64,000 bases of DNA from Mobula hypostoma (Eukaryota): assembly GCF_963921235.1 (NCBI RefSeq), contig NC_086097.1, positions 214,956,001-215,020,000 on the forward strand, given 5' to 3'. Positions 1 through 12,449 of the stretch are shown here, piece after piece. The notes beneath the pieces are model-generated. The model was not told where the DNA came from. It worked only from the letters and a program-made list of their open reading frames with translations, and made no database searches. How positions within the stretch are numbered: the first letter of the stretch is position 1; each line of letters starts with the position of its first letter. The position numbers and the translations under genes were made by a program.

Positions 1-260
1 GAAAAGTTTAAAGGGAACATTAGGGGGGGCTTCTTCACACAGAGAGTGGTGGGAGTATGGAATGAGCTGCCAGATGAGGTGGTAAATGCGGGTTCTTTAT
101 TAACATTTAAGAATAAATTGGACAGATACATGGATGGGAGGTGTATGGAGGGATATGGTCTGTGTGCAGGTCAGTAGGACTAGGCAGAAAATGGTTCGGC
201 ACAGCCAAGAAGGGCCAAAAGGCCTGTTTCTGTGCCGTAGTTTCTATGGTTTCTATGGTT
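1..260 (+). mobile_element. CR1 LINE 3' end
   Basis: Encodes the CR1 ORF2 C-terminal motif FFTQRVVGVWNELP; ends in a (TTCTATGG)n tail at ~242-260. Confidence 0.85.
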
Positions 261-324
261 TACACACTTACACTGTAAATGACATTAAATAATGTGGAAT
301 CTTCAATCCTGAACCTGAAACGGG

Positions 325-3300
325 ATATTTCTGATTGCATCCAAGATATCCTGAAGTGGGAGGGTGAGGAGCCAGAGGTCGTGGTACATATAGGTACCAA
401 TGACATAGGTAGGAAAAGGAGAGAGGTCTTGAAAGGAGAATATAGGGAGTTAGGAAGGGAGTTGAGAAAAAGGACCGCAAAGGAAGTAATCTCGGGATAA
501 CTGCCTGTGCCACGCGACAGTGAGAGTAGGAATGCTATGAGGTGGAGGATAAATGCATGGCTGAGGGAATGGAGTGGGGGCAGGGATTCAAGTTTTTGGA
601 TCATTGGGACCTCTTTTGGCGCAGGTATGATCTGTACAAAAGGGACAGGTTACACTTGAATCCTAGGGGGACCAATATCCTGGCGGGGAGATTTGCAAGG
701 GCTACTGAGACTTTAAACTAGAATGGTTGGGGGGTAGGAATCAAATTAAAGAGACTAGGAGAGAGGAGGTTAGTTCACAAATAGAGAAAGCTAGTAGACA
801 GTGTGTGAGGGAGGATAGGCAGGGGACAGAGATCGGGAGCACTCAGACCAAAGATGTAGGGGACAAGGAAGAAAAAGATAACAAAGTTGTTTGCTCCATT
901 AAGGATAAAAAGAGCGTAAGCGGTTGAGAGTTTCTTAAATGCATCTATTTTAATGCTAGGAGCATTGTAAGAAAGGTGGATGAGCTTAGAGCATGGATTG
1001 ATACCTGGAAATATAATGTTATAGCTATGAGTGAAACGTGGTTGCAGGAGGGGTGTGATTGGCAACTAAATATTCCAGGATTTCGTTGCTTCAGGTGTGA
1101 TAGAATAGGAGGGGCAAGAGGGGGAGGTGTTGCAATGCTTGTCAGAGAAAATGCTTATAGAGGTGTATTATAGACCACCTAATGGGGACCGAGAACTGGA
1201 GGAGCAAATTTGCAAGGAGATAACAGATATTTGTAGTAAGCACAAGGTTGTGATTGTGGGAGATTTTAATTTTCCACACATAGACTGGGAAGCCCATTCT
1301 GTAAAGGGGCTGGATGGTTTGGAGTTTGTCAAATGTGTGCAAGATAGTTTTTTGCAGCAATACATAAAGGTTCCAACTAGAGAAGGGGCAGTGTTGGATC
1401 TCCTGTTAGGGAATGAGATAGGGCAGGTGACGGAGGTATGCTTTGGGGAGCACTTCGGGTCCAGTGATCACAATACCATTAGTTTCAATATAATTATGGA
1501 GATGGATAGGACTGGACCCAGGGTTGAGATTTTTGATTGCAGAAAGGCTAACTGTGAGGAGATGCGAAGGGATTTAGAAGGAGTGGATTGGGACAGTTTG
1601 TTTTATGGGAAGGATGTAATAGAGAAATGGAGGTTATTTAAGGGTGAAATTTTGAGGGTACAGAATCTTTATGTTCCTGTTCGGTTGAAAGGAAAGGTTA
1701 AAAGTTTGAGAGCCATGGTTTTCAAGAGATATAGGAAACTTGGTTTGGAAAAAGAGCGGGATTTACAATAAATATAGGCAGCTTGGAGTTAATGAGGTGC
1801 TCGAGGAATATAAAGAATGTAAAAAGAATCTTAAGAAAGAAATTAGAAAAGCTAAATGAAGGTACGAGGCAGCTTTAGCAAGTAAGGTGAAAATAAATCC
1901 AAAGGGTTTCTACAGTTATATAAATAGCAAAAGGATAGTGAGGGATAAAATTGGTCCCTTAGAGAATCAGAGTGGACGGCTATGTGCGGAGCCAAAAGAG
2001 ATGGGGGAGATTTTGAACAATTACTTTTCTTCAGTATTCACTAAGGAGAAGGATATTGAATTGTATAAGGTAAAGGAAACAAGAAGGGTAGTTATGGAAA
2101 GTATGACAATCAAAGAAGAGGAAGTACTGGCGTTTTTAAGGAATATAAAAATAGATAAGTCTCTGGGTCCGGACAAGATATTTCCTAGGAACTTGAGGGA
2201 AGTTAGTGTGGAAATAGCAGGGGCTCTGACAGAAATATTTCAAATGTCATTAGAAACGGGGATGGTGCCGGAGGATTGGCATATTGCTCATGTGGTTCCA
2301 TTGTTTAAAAAGGGTTCTAAGAGTAAACCTAGCAATTATCAGCCTGTGAGTTTGACATCAGTGGTGGGTAAATTGATGGAAAGTATTCTTAGAGATGGTA
2401 TATATAATTATCTGGATAGACAGGGTCTGACTAGGAACAGTCAACATGGATTTGTGCGTGGAAGGTCATGTTTGACAAATCTTATTGAATTTTTTGATGA
2501 GGTTACTAGGAAAGTTGACGAGGGTAAAGCAGTGGATGTTGTCTATATGGACTTCAGTAAGGCCTTTGACAAGGTTCCACATGGAAGGTTAGTTAGGAAG
2601 GTTCAATCGTTAGGTATTAATATCGAAGTAGTAAAATGGATTCAACAGTGGCTGGATGGGAGACACCAGAGAGTAGTGGTGGATAACAGTGTGTCAGAAT
2701 GAAGGACGGTGTGTAGCGGTGTGCCTCAGGGATCTGTACTGGGTCCAATGTTGTTTGTCATATATAAATGATCTGGATGATGGGGTGGTAAATTGGATGA
2801 GTAAGTATGCAGATGATACTAAGATAGGTAGCGTTGTGGATAATGAAGTAGGTTTTCAAAGCTTGCAGAGAGATTTAGACCACTTAGAAGAGTGGGCTGA
2901 AAGATGGCAGATGGAGTTTAATGCTGAAAAATGTGAGGTGCTACATTTTGGTAGGACTAATCAAAATAGGACATACATGGTAAATGGTAGGGCACTGAAG
3001 AATGCAGTAGAACAGAGGGATCTAGGAATAATGGTGCATAGTTTCCTGAAGGTGGAATCTCATGTGGATAGGGTGGTGAAGAAAGCTTTTGGTATGCTCG
3101 CCTTTATTAATCAGAGCATTGAGTATAGGAGTTGGGATGTAATGTTGAAATTGTATAAGGCATTGGTAAGGCCAAATTTGGAGTCTTGTGTACAGTTCTG
3201 GTCACCGAATTATAGGAAAGATGTCAACAAAATTGAGAGAGTACAGAGGAGGTTTACTAAAATGTTGCCTGGGTTTCATCTCCTAAGTTACAGAGAAAGG

Positions 3301-3735
3301 TTGAACAAGTTAGGGCTTTATTCTTTGGAGCCTAGAAGGTTGAGAGGGGACTTGATAGAGGTGTTTAAAATTAGGAGGGGGATTGACAGAGTTGATGTGG
3401 ATAGGCTCTTTCCATTGAGAGTGGGGGAGATTCAAACAAGAGGACATGAGTTGAGAGTTAAAGGGCAAAGGTTTAGGGGTAACATGAGGGGGAACTTCTT
3501 TACTCAGAGAGTGGTGGCTGTGTGGAACGAGCTTCCAGCAGAAGTGGTTGAGGCAGGTTCGACGTTGTCGTTCAAAGTTAAATTCGATAGATATACGGAC
3601 AGGAAGGGAATGGAGAGTTATGGACCGAGTGCAAGTTGGTGGGACTAGGTGAGGGGAGGAGTTCGGCACGGACTAGAAGGGCCGAGATGGCCTGTTTCCG
3701 TGCTGTAATTATTATATGGCTATACGTTATATGAT
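325..3735 (+). mobile_element. Near full-length degenerate CR1 LINE (ORF1 SGNH esterase remnant; ORF2 APE endonuclease + RT), inside GGH intron 1
   Basis: VVVHIGTNDIG (esterase), ETWL / YRPP / GDFN / SDH (APE), DFSKAFDKVPH and KYADDTK (RT), and the FFTQRVV C-terminus, spread over frameshifted ORFs 279-3648. Confidence 0.93.
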
Positions 3736-4129
3736 TCTTCTAAAAGGTTCACCGCGAGAGGATGGCCCAGCAACAACCTTGTAACTAACTATATTAAGGT
3801 TCTGCTGGTCCTTCTCTATCACAGAGGTTCTGGGCGACAAGTTTGAGAGTCTGAATCAGCCACTGACCATGCATGCAACAAATTCCATCCGTTCCCTTGA
3901 GATATAAAAAAAATCGCAGAAATTACGGCTCTGTGGCGCTGGATGGGCCTGCACACACCAAAAAGGTTGCGGAGGGAAATGAGGAGACGACCTTTGGAGT
4001 CGGCAATCCGTTCACTATCCATTCCCCACCCCCACCTCCATGCCCCCATAATTGACTGGTATTGCCTGATCTGCTGGGTTCCTCCAGCAATTTGCTTTTA
4101 GGTGAGTCATTTAAAAATAATAAATCAAA

Positions 4130-4700
4130 CTGTGGGCATTCCCGGCGGTGTCAGAGCACGTAACGATAGGCTGTAAACGTCGGTAGAAAGCTGAGTTGGC
4201 TTTCTGATTGGGAGTGACTCGAAAAAAAGAAACAAATATTTTTGCAAAATCACCAGTTCTCGTTGTTTTTACTGCGAGCAATGGCCGGTTGTGAAGAACT
4301 CGCCTCTCTTACCGATTAGGGGTCGCTGGTTGATCGCGGCAGCCCGAAGTATCCGCCCTCGCAGAGCCACGGAGACACACAGCAGCAGTACAAATGCGTG
4401 CGGCCGCCGAATATCCATTATCCCTTTACGAAAATATCGACACAAGATCAGAGCTGTTGCGAGGGAGGTTTTCTATAAACCAAATTCACGACAGCTGAAT
4501 TCCCGCAGCCTAATGCCCGCCCAGACTGCTTGCTCAGCGGAGTTTGAGTAACTGTTCCGCACTTCCGTCCTACTAGCACTACCTTCAGAACTCGAGATCC
4601 GCCGTCAAAAGCGAAATTAAATCAATCGCATGCTCAAAAAGCCAAAAGGTCACGACACGGAAGAGCCCCATTAATTCCCCCCCCCCCCCATCACCGCACC
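4130..4700 (-). promoter_or_regulatory. CpG-island promoter of GGH
   Basis: Local CpG enrichment in an otherwise CpG-poor window around the GGH ATG; ETS/GABP-type CACTTCCG at ~4560 and a partial NRF1-like CGCATGC at ~4627. Confidence 0.7.
4313..4418 (-). CDS. GGH: Gamma-glutamyl hydrolase coding exon 1 (signal peptide); remaining exons lie left of the window
   Basis: ATG at 4418 reads MDIRRPHAFVLLLCVSVALRGRILRAAAINQRPLI-G, then a phase-1 donor G|GTAAGA at 4312. Hydrophobic leader plus N-x-RP(I/L)IG matches the GGH N-terminus and the human exon 1 phase. It lies in a CpG island, downstream of TTPA on the same strand. Confidence 0.88.
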
Positions 4701-4890
4701 AGAAAGCAGCATCGGTCATCACAGACCCCACCATCCTGGATCAGGAACAGTTTGGCACCGGAACCAGCAGGGATAACTTGACTCTCCTCAACACGGAAAT
4801 GATCACTGAATACAATGGATGGACTCACTTTCAAGGACTTTGCAGCTCATGTTCTCGGTATTACTTATTTATTGTTGTGGTTTTCGTTTT

Positions 4891-5327
4891 CTCAGTTCAA
4901 GCTGGTAAATCCCTGAGGAACGGGCATAGCTATGCAGGCTCATTTGTCAATTGCTAGGAACTTCCGGACTATTCTAGTGATGTTTAGTATTGTGGGTTTC
5001 AGAAGATTTACGTAGATGTTACTGTGTGGCCCTAATTGTTTAATGTCTGTAGTGCCTTTGGGATGACACCGACTGTAGATATTACTATTGGGACAATATA
5101 TACCCTGTTCATTTTCCAAATACTTCCAAATTCCTATTTTAATTCACCATGCTTCTGGTGTTTTTCACTTATTGCTTTCTGTATGTTATGTGTGTTTGGA
5201 ATGGCTGTATCTATTAAATAAGTTGTTCTTGCTTGCTCACCCTGTATTATTATATCCGGACGGTTATTATGCATTGTCCTATCTGTAATAACTGATCGGT
5301 TATAATATAATTTGGGGCATTCTGACT
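4891..5327 (-). mobile_element. R4/Dong-clade (Rex6-like) non-LTR retrotransposon 3' fragment with restriction-like endonuclease
   Basis: Minus-strand translation gives NNRPDIII...IDTAIPNTHNIQKAISEKHQK...WKMNRVYIVPIVISTVGVIPK...TILNITRIVRKFL* (stop at 4942-4940, frameshifted); it abuts a (TAA)n tract at ~5328. Confidence 0.75.
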
Positions 5328-5448
5328 ATTATTATTATATTATCTGTTTTTTCCTATTTGCAGAATGTGTCTTCCTTTGCACATCGGTTGTTTATCAGTC
5401 TTTGTTAGTAAGTAGATCTTCTTTGATTCCATTGCATTTATTTGTAAA

Positions 5449-6639
5449 CTAGACAGCGGGGTGACCCGTTGGGGCACCCTTTGAGAGAAGGGTAGTGCAG
5501 TCTGATGTGACCAGAATGAACATTAAATTTTCCTGAATGCTATTGGTATCGCTTTGCTTTGGAAAGTGAAGAAGAAAACCTCAGTTTATTAAAGAAGAAC
5601 AATGTATAGCAAGGCAAATATAGCTCCTCCTCGTTTAACGAAGGACACTTTTGATGGCATCATTTCTGGTTGATTTGGCACCCTTGTGCCTCCCGTTGTC
5701 ATTCTGGAGATGTGCAGTCCTTTCATCCCCTGTCTCTTCATCTCTTCTGCTGTTTGTTGTTTGTCTCTGATCCTGGAGACGTGGATTTCTCAGCTCCTTT
5801 TTCTTTTCATCTCTCCTCCTTCTCTGCCTGTTGTTGTTATTTTGGAGACGTGCATGCCTCTCCTCCTCTGTCTCTTCTTCTCCCAACTTTTCTGTCCTGA
5901 CTCTTTGATCCTGGAGTTGTGCGGCACTGGCCTCATCCAATTCTTGTTCTCTCCTCCTTGCCGCTTCTCAACGAGGTTTGGCATCATCTCTTGACCATAA
6001 TGTCCTCCTTCTCTTTCCACACAGCATAATTAGGCTGACCTTTTTTTTTTAACCCTAATGCTGGATAGAAGATACGAAGCAGTAACACCAAAGCCTCCAG
6101 GCTGCTGATTATTCTTGATGATGTGGTTGGCGCTCTCCTAAATGGACGTGATATAGTCACCGCTGACCTTTGACTGCAGTAAAGGGTTTGATGGGTGTCT
6201 CGAAGTACGTCATTACAATAAGATTTAATTATCTCTTATTGACGGGTCTCAGTTTGATCTGTCCCAATCCTGCACATGCTGATGGTGATAAGCAGAATGT
6301 GACCGCTCGAAATAGAGCTGCCCTGCCCTTTTGCTCCGGTTGGTGTCGCTGCTGTGAGCATCGTGAGTCGCTTCTGAGGCTGGCCGTGCGCATGCACCGT
6401 GGTGTCGCGTTGCGGTTTCCATCATGGCTGACAGTGGCTCTTGGGTGAAAGCGGGGCTGTTGATTTTGGCGAGTGAGCAATCTTATACGAATATATGACC
6501 CTGAACTTAGCCTGCATTCTGTAAGTTAGCGCATTTTAAGTCGATTTAGCCAAAAATAGTGCCGCTGTAATGCACCGTTTGTGCTAATTGGAGGTCACAA
6601 ACAGACAGACAGAGCATGAGAGTTTTAGTAGTATATAGA
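5449..6639 (-). mobile_element. Non-autonomous Helitron (~1.19 kb) retaining a RepHel N-terminal-like charged-repeat ORF
   Basis: 5' TC at 6639 after a host A, 3' CTAG ending at 5449 before a host T, no TSD. Subterminal hairpin GGGTGCCC-CAAC-GGGTCACCC at 5479-5459, a (TCTG)n microsatellite near the 5' end, and ORF 5635-5940 with EETEEERHARLQ-type repeats. Confidence 0.88.
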
Positions 6640-8531
6640 TGCATGCAAGAAAACGTTACGTAACTTCTGGTAAAATGGCAGCTGTTTGATCTCAGTGGCT
6701 TCTATGAGTTCAACCAAAGGAATTATTGTCCTTTTAAAACTTTTTTTACAATCGCAAGACCCTGCTGGATATTAAGAACTTAAGAGGACTGCTGGTCCAC
6801 CCCATCATTGAGTGGTTCGTTGGCAGAGAAACTGAAGGAGCTGGAATTAGTGTGGATCGCACTGCTGCCTCCCAATGGAGGTCAGTGCGCGAAGGTGGTG
6901 TGCAGTGTAACAGCGAGTGATTGTCTTAGTCACTTCCCTTGTGATCACGAGACCCTGTTGAACATTGTTAATGTGGAATGCTGCAAGACCGATTCACTGA
7001 GTTATCGGTGGGCGGCGGGGTAGGTGCATGGTCTTGGACATAGCGAGGTCCAGGTTTCAAACCACCGTGTCGGCCAGGAGAGAGGCGTCGGAGTCCTTGC
7101 TCCACTGGAGGCAGTGTGGCACAGCGTCAACGTTGGAGTCGGTGCTGCCCCCAGTGTTCGCTCGGCAGAAGACAAATGTTCGGCTGCAGATTTCACCAAC
7201 GTTCATGGACCGATATGTTTTTGTGTGACTGTATTTTACTGATATATGTGGAAATTTGAACTTTGGTCTCTTTCAGATAAACATCCAGTTCCCATTCGAG
7301 CTCTGTATTTGAAGCTTGCTCCACTTTCATAAATAAAAGTAGAAATGCTGACAACATTCAGTAGGTCATGCAGCGTAGGTGGAAAGAAAAAAGTAGTGTT
7401 TTATGATTTTTTTAAAAAAATTGTCAGTATTCTCTATTTTTTCAATTCCTTATGTCATCAATTTTTAAGTTCTATTTCCACCCTGAAACGTGGCCGTTCT
7501 TTTGCCAGTCACCATCGTTCTATGAAACCTAGTTCTTGAAGTCCTTCAACAGCATTCTCTATATATTGGTAATATTATGGAAGGTTGCCTCATAGCTTTC
7601 TCTGCTCCAAGAGAACCACAAACTCACCAGTCTGTCCAAATAATGATAGACACTCATTGCAGTAATCATTTTAGTAGGTAACTTCAGTGTCCTCTCTTTA
7701 CATCCTTCCCAAAATACAGTCTCAGAACTGGACACAATACTACATTTGTTCCGTTACTATGTTTTATGCAGGTGCATCATAAATTAGTTGTCCTTGTATT
7801 ATTTATAAAGTCCTGGGCCCCATATGCCTTTTTAGAAACACTGTCTCAATCTGTCATGTCACCAGATCTGCTCTAGTAGCCCTTTTAGAATTGTGGCCTC
7901 TTTTCTTCCTTCCTCCTAAACTGTAACATTCATTGTTTCTCAGCATTAAATTTCATTTACCACCTATAACCCATTCCATTTAGCTGCCTAGATATGCAAG
8001 TCAGGGCAGTATAATATGGAGAGCAAGCTGTTGTTATACAGCAAGCTCCCACTCTCCATGCCTCTGATGAACCCAAAGGAACAGGAAAGACCGATACAGT
8101 TTGTCACCAGCCGCCGAGTAAGAGTTGCCAGTCAGCATTGCCTTAGGGACTCCAGCTCTGCATTTTTCCCTCGCAGTTTACTCCCGAAGCCTTCCCCGTG
8201 AGTGGGTATAGCCCCAAGGCAGCGGAGGTTTGAGATCAGAGTTTTCCTTCTCCTAGATGAGCTGCCAACCATGGCTGATGAGCCCCATCTGCCCAAAGTG
8301 ACTCATTTTATGGCACTAGAATCATGTGTTTACTCTTTCTCCTCTCAGTAGAAATGGTTCCACTGGGCTTAGTAGCAAATCCACACATGAAGACCGGGGC
8401 TGGACTTGGTTTGAGGTGCATGCCGTTGGGAACATTTAATAGGTAGAGGGAGCCTGTCCCCATTTTTATGCCCATCTATAACTACCTTAAGGAACCCCTG
8501 CGTATTGCACAGGTCTACTGTGCAATACATA

Positions 8532-9480
8532 AGATAGATAGATAGATATACTTTATTAATCCCAAGGGAAACTGGGTTTCGTTACAGCCGCACCAACCAA
8601 GAATAGAGCGTAAATATAGCAATACAAAAACCACAAACAATCAAACAACAAAATGCAAACTATGCCAGATAGAAAATAAGTCCAGGACCAGTCTATTGTC
8701 TCAGGGTGTCTGACCCTCCACGGGAGGAGCTGCACGGTCGATGGCCACAGGCAGGAACGACCTCCCGTGCCGCCCAGTGTTGTATCTCGGTGGAATGTGG
8801 CCAAAGACCAACAGTAAAAAGTTCAATATCCGGTCTACAAATACGTTCCTCGATCGTAATATGACACGGATTGCACCATCTGCTGTTAATCAGAACAGTA
8901 AGCACCCAACTCCTTTACGCTTACCGCTCTCAGTGCACTTCCGGTTAGCCGGAACGGTCTGGAAGCCGTCCATGGAGAAGTTTTGATCGGGTATGTCCTC
9001 GTGCAGCCCCGTGCCAGTGAAACACATAACACTGCACTCCCGAAATGTTCTCTGAGGCCTGGCTAGTGCCGTGAATTCATCCATTTTATTACCCACCGAA
9101 CTCCTCGTCTCCATAAGTCTCTGTTGTCTCGACCCGGTCCTCTTTTCTCGGCTTTGTGATCCCCCTCTGCATCCTCTGTGTGTTTTCCTCCAGATCTCAG
9201 CGGGGTGTCCGCCGCTCTGCTCACTAAACCAGCCGGTATTAGCGCAAACAGCTGGTCCCTGGAATACACAATGCGACCTTGCTTCTGTCCCGCGTGTCTG
9301 GATGTAACTATTTCCAGCGCTAAAAACCCAGATAAAATTCTGTCTACCAGCATGTTAGAGAGGGTGCAGCTTCGACGTGTTACCGTGAGGAAAAAAAAGA
9401 CAAAAAATAACGTAGGTTAAAAAGTAAGAATAGATCGGAGCGGCTGTACCAGGCTGCGTGCACGACCGGCGCATGCACAC
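8532..9480 (-). mobile_element. Internally deleted Rex1/Babar-like LINE (5' end + APE start joined to 3' end)
   Basis: NKMDEF...SVMCFT.T.L (APE N-terminus) jumps at ~8785 to the C-terminal GGSDTLR also seen at 45440; (ATCT)n tail at ~8532-8550. Confidence 0.75.
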
Positions 9481-9749
9481 TAGATGTGCACTAATAAAAT
9501 ATATGCTACAATATGAAATATATTTTAAAATAAGCAATTAGTTCAAAAGGAGAGCAAAGTATTTAGGTAGTATCTACTTGGATGCTGTTACTCTCTTCAC
9601 AGTAGACTGTGGCTTGATGTTTGTGTCATCTGAAATTCACAAACAGGGCCCTGTACATCCAGGTCGAGGTCATTGATATAAGACAAAATACTGTGGTTCT
9701 CAAACTGACGTTGGGGTATGCTATAATACAATTCCTTACAATGATTACA

Positions 9750-10590
9750 ATTCCCTACCATGACTGTGTGGCTAAGCACAGCTCCAAAACTATATTTAAG
9801 TTTGCTGATGACACCACTGTTGTGGGCCGAATCAAAAGCCGGTGATGAATCAGCACACAGGAGGGAGATTGAAAATCTGGCTCAGTGGTGTCTTAACAGC
9901 AACCTCTCACTCAATGTCAGCAAAGCCAAGGAACTGATTATTAGACTTCCAGAGAAGGAAATTAGAGGTTTATGAGCCAGTCTTCATTGGAAGATCAAAG
10001 GTGGAGAAGGTTATCAACTTTAAATTGCAGGGTGTTACTATTTCCGAGGACCTGTCCTGAACCCAGCATGTAAATGCAATTGCAAAGAAAGTAGGAGTCT
10101 GTGGAGATCTGGCATGACTTCCAAAACTTTGACAACTTCTACAGATGTGTAATGGAAAGTATGTTGACTGGCTGCATCACAGTCTGATATGGGAGCACCA
10201 ATGCCTTTGAATGGAAAATCCTACAAAAGGTAGTGGATTCAGCCCAGTACATCACGGGTAAAGCCCTCCCAACCAGTCAACACATCTACATGAAACACTG
10301 TCATAGGAAAGCAGCATCCATCATCAGAGATCCCCACCACCCAGGTCTTGCTCTCTTCTTGCAGCTACTTGTAGCCTCAGGACTTGCACCACCAGGTTCA
10401 GGAACAGTTACTACCCCTCAACCACCAGGCTCTTGAACAAAAGGGGATAACTACACTCACTTGCCCCATCATTGAAATCTTACCACAACCAATGATCTCA
10501 CTTTTAAGGATTCTTTATTTCATTATCTAATGTTGTCTTTATCTATTGCTATTTATTAATATTTGCATTTGCACAGTCTTCTGCATTATT
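9750..10590 (+). mobile_element. Rex1/Babar-like RT 3' fragment
   Basis: FKFADDTTVVG, WC..NLSLNVSK.KELII, and KAASIIRDPHHPG motifs. Confidence 0.8.
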
Positions 10591-12130
10591 GTAACGTTGC
10601 CCTTTTGCCATGCATTTTCTATCTCCCACTGTAATCTGTAGACCACATCTTTACCACTGTTTGGGGATCTGTACATAACTCCCACCAGTGTCTTTTTACA
10701 CTTGGCAGTTCCTTAGCTCTATCCACAATGATTCAACACTTTCTGACCCTGTGTCACCTCTGATAATAATTTGATTTAATTTTTTATCAACAGAGCCATG
10801 CCACCCCCTCTGTCTATGTGCCTGTCCTTTGATACAATGTGTATCCTTAGACATTAAGCTCCCAGCTATAATCTTCTTTCAGCCATGATTCAGTGATGCT
10901 CACATCGTACATGCCAATCTGTAACTGTGTCACAAGTTCATCAACCTTATTCTGTATGCTGCACGCATTCAAATATAACACCTTATTCACCCTTTTTGAT
11001 TCTTTTCACCTTTTACGTTGCAACTCATCCTGTTGACTGTAATTTTGCCCTATCATCAGCCTCTCCTTGCTAGGAGTCTCACTACACACTGCCTCTGTTT
11101 GTAAACCAGCTACCTCACCTTCAGCACTCTCATTTCAGTTCCCATCTGGAGAGAGAGTGGATATATTTAAAACTTCCACTTTAAATATATTCAGTGAACT
11201 GGCCTCCACACCTATCCGTGGCAACAAATTCCACTGTCTTATCAACCTTTGGCTAAAGAAGTTTATCCTCATTTTTCTTCTAAAGGACATCCTCCTATTC
11301 CGAGTCTGAGCCCTCTGGTCCTAGACTTCCTCACTGTAGGAAACATCCTCTCTTTGTCCACTCTATCTGGACCTGGTTTCAATGAGATCCCTGCCCCATT
11401 CTAAACTGCAGCGAGTACAGGCCCAGAGCCACCAAATACTCCTCATATGTATCATTACTGCCATTCTGCTTACTTATTATTCCCTTCCCTATTTCTTCTA
11501 AACACTTTGTATCATCATTGGTTCCAGCTCTGCTAAAGTGTAATCACTCTGGTCTGTGCGAGTCACGCCTCTCCCTGAATTAGTCCACATGCTTCAAGAA
11601 TCTAAAGTTCTCTGTTCTACAACATTTCCTCTACAATACAGTAACTCATGCCGTAGTTCTGTGTTCATTAGCTTGCGGGCCAGGGAGTAACTGTGAAATT
11701 ATATTACCTTAGAGGTCCTGCTTTTTATTTCCCTACAGGGCCCCATTCATTTTCCTTCATAATCATTTATATTGATGTGGACGCCTGGCCTCTCCCTTCA
11801 GAATTTTGTGCTGAGATACCTTTAAGCTCATTTTGAGGGAGACAGCAAGTCTTACTGGCAACCACAGAAACGCTTGTCTGCTCTAACGAGAGACTCCCCT
11901 GTGAATATTGCTTGCTTGGTTTTTCTTCTCCCTTCCTGTGCAGTCAAGCCAACCACAGTGCTATGGTTTTGGCTCTGACTGCGCCTCGTGGGGAAACCCT
12001 TCCCATCAGTACATAGAACCTAATAATAATCTGAGAGCATCTTCGTGCCTGCACATTTCTGAATCACTTTCTCTTCCTGACTGCACTCTCAGCTTCTGCC
12101 CCTCACCCACTTCCTGAAATGTGCAAACCA
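10590..12130 (-). mobile_element. Cluster of degenerate CR1 fragments
   Basis: Minus-strand similarity to the CR1 ORF1/ORF2 junction, 3' region and esterase region seen in other copies in this window. Confidence 0.55.
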
Positions 12131-12449
12131 GTTACAAAGATGGACTGCTATTGCTCTAGTTCTAAAACTTAGCAACATTCCTCACTACAGAAAACTTTCC
12201 AACTCCCCTACCTGATGATAGTACTTGAAGCGGTACTAAAGCAATCGCTAGACACTGATTTTTTTTTTTCAAATCATTGTCGGGTACTTCATTCAGGCTT
12301 GTTTGAAGAAATCTCTCCCCATTTATCATCAACATATCACTTGCAGCACCAGGGGTCCCAATACACTCGGCAACCGTTGTACTACAATTAGGAATAGCTA
12401 ACATTCTATCCTAGGCTACATTTCAGCAAATCTGACCAACTGGCTGACC

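Larger units (their letters stand above)
4700..6655 (+). mobile_element. Old Rex1/Babar-like LINE 3' tail, interrupted by an R4/Dong fragment and a Helitron
   Basis: 4700-4880 resembles the tail at 10305-10590; the tail resumes at ~5330-5448 and after 6640 (tgtaaa|tgcatgcaagaaaa). Confidence 0.55.

Noticed and set aside
3819..4551. ORF-track calls 3819-4049, 3873-4055 and 4291-4551
   Set aside because: These are GC-rich shadow ORFs in the GGH CpG island; the supported coding sequence is 4418-4313.
5635..5940. Charged coiled-coil ORF as a host gene
   Set aside because: It lies within Helitron termini and resembles RepHel N-terminal repeats.
6660..8500. Repeat-like segments at 6660-7250 and 8060-8500
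   Set aside because: Probably interspersed repeats, but I could not define termini or family with enough support to annotate them.
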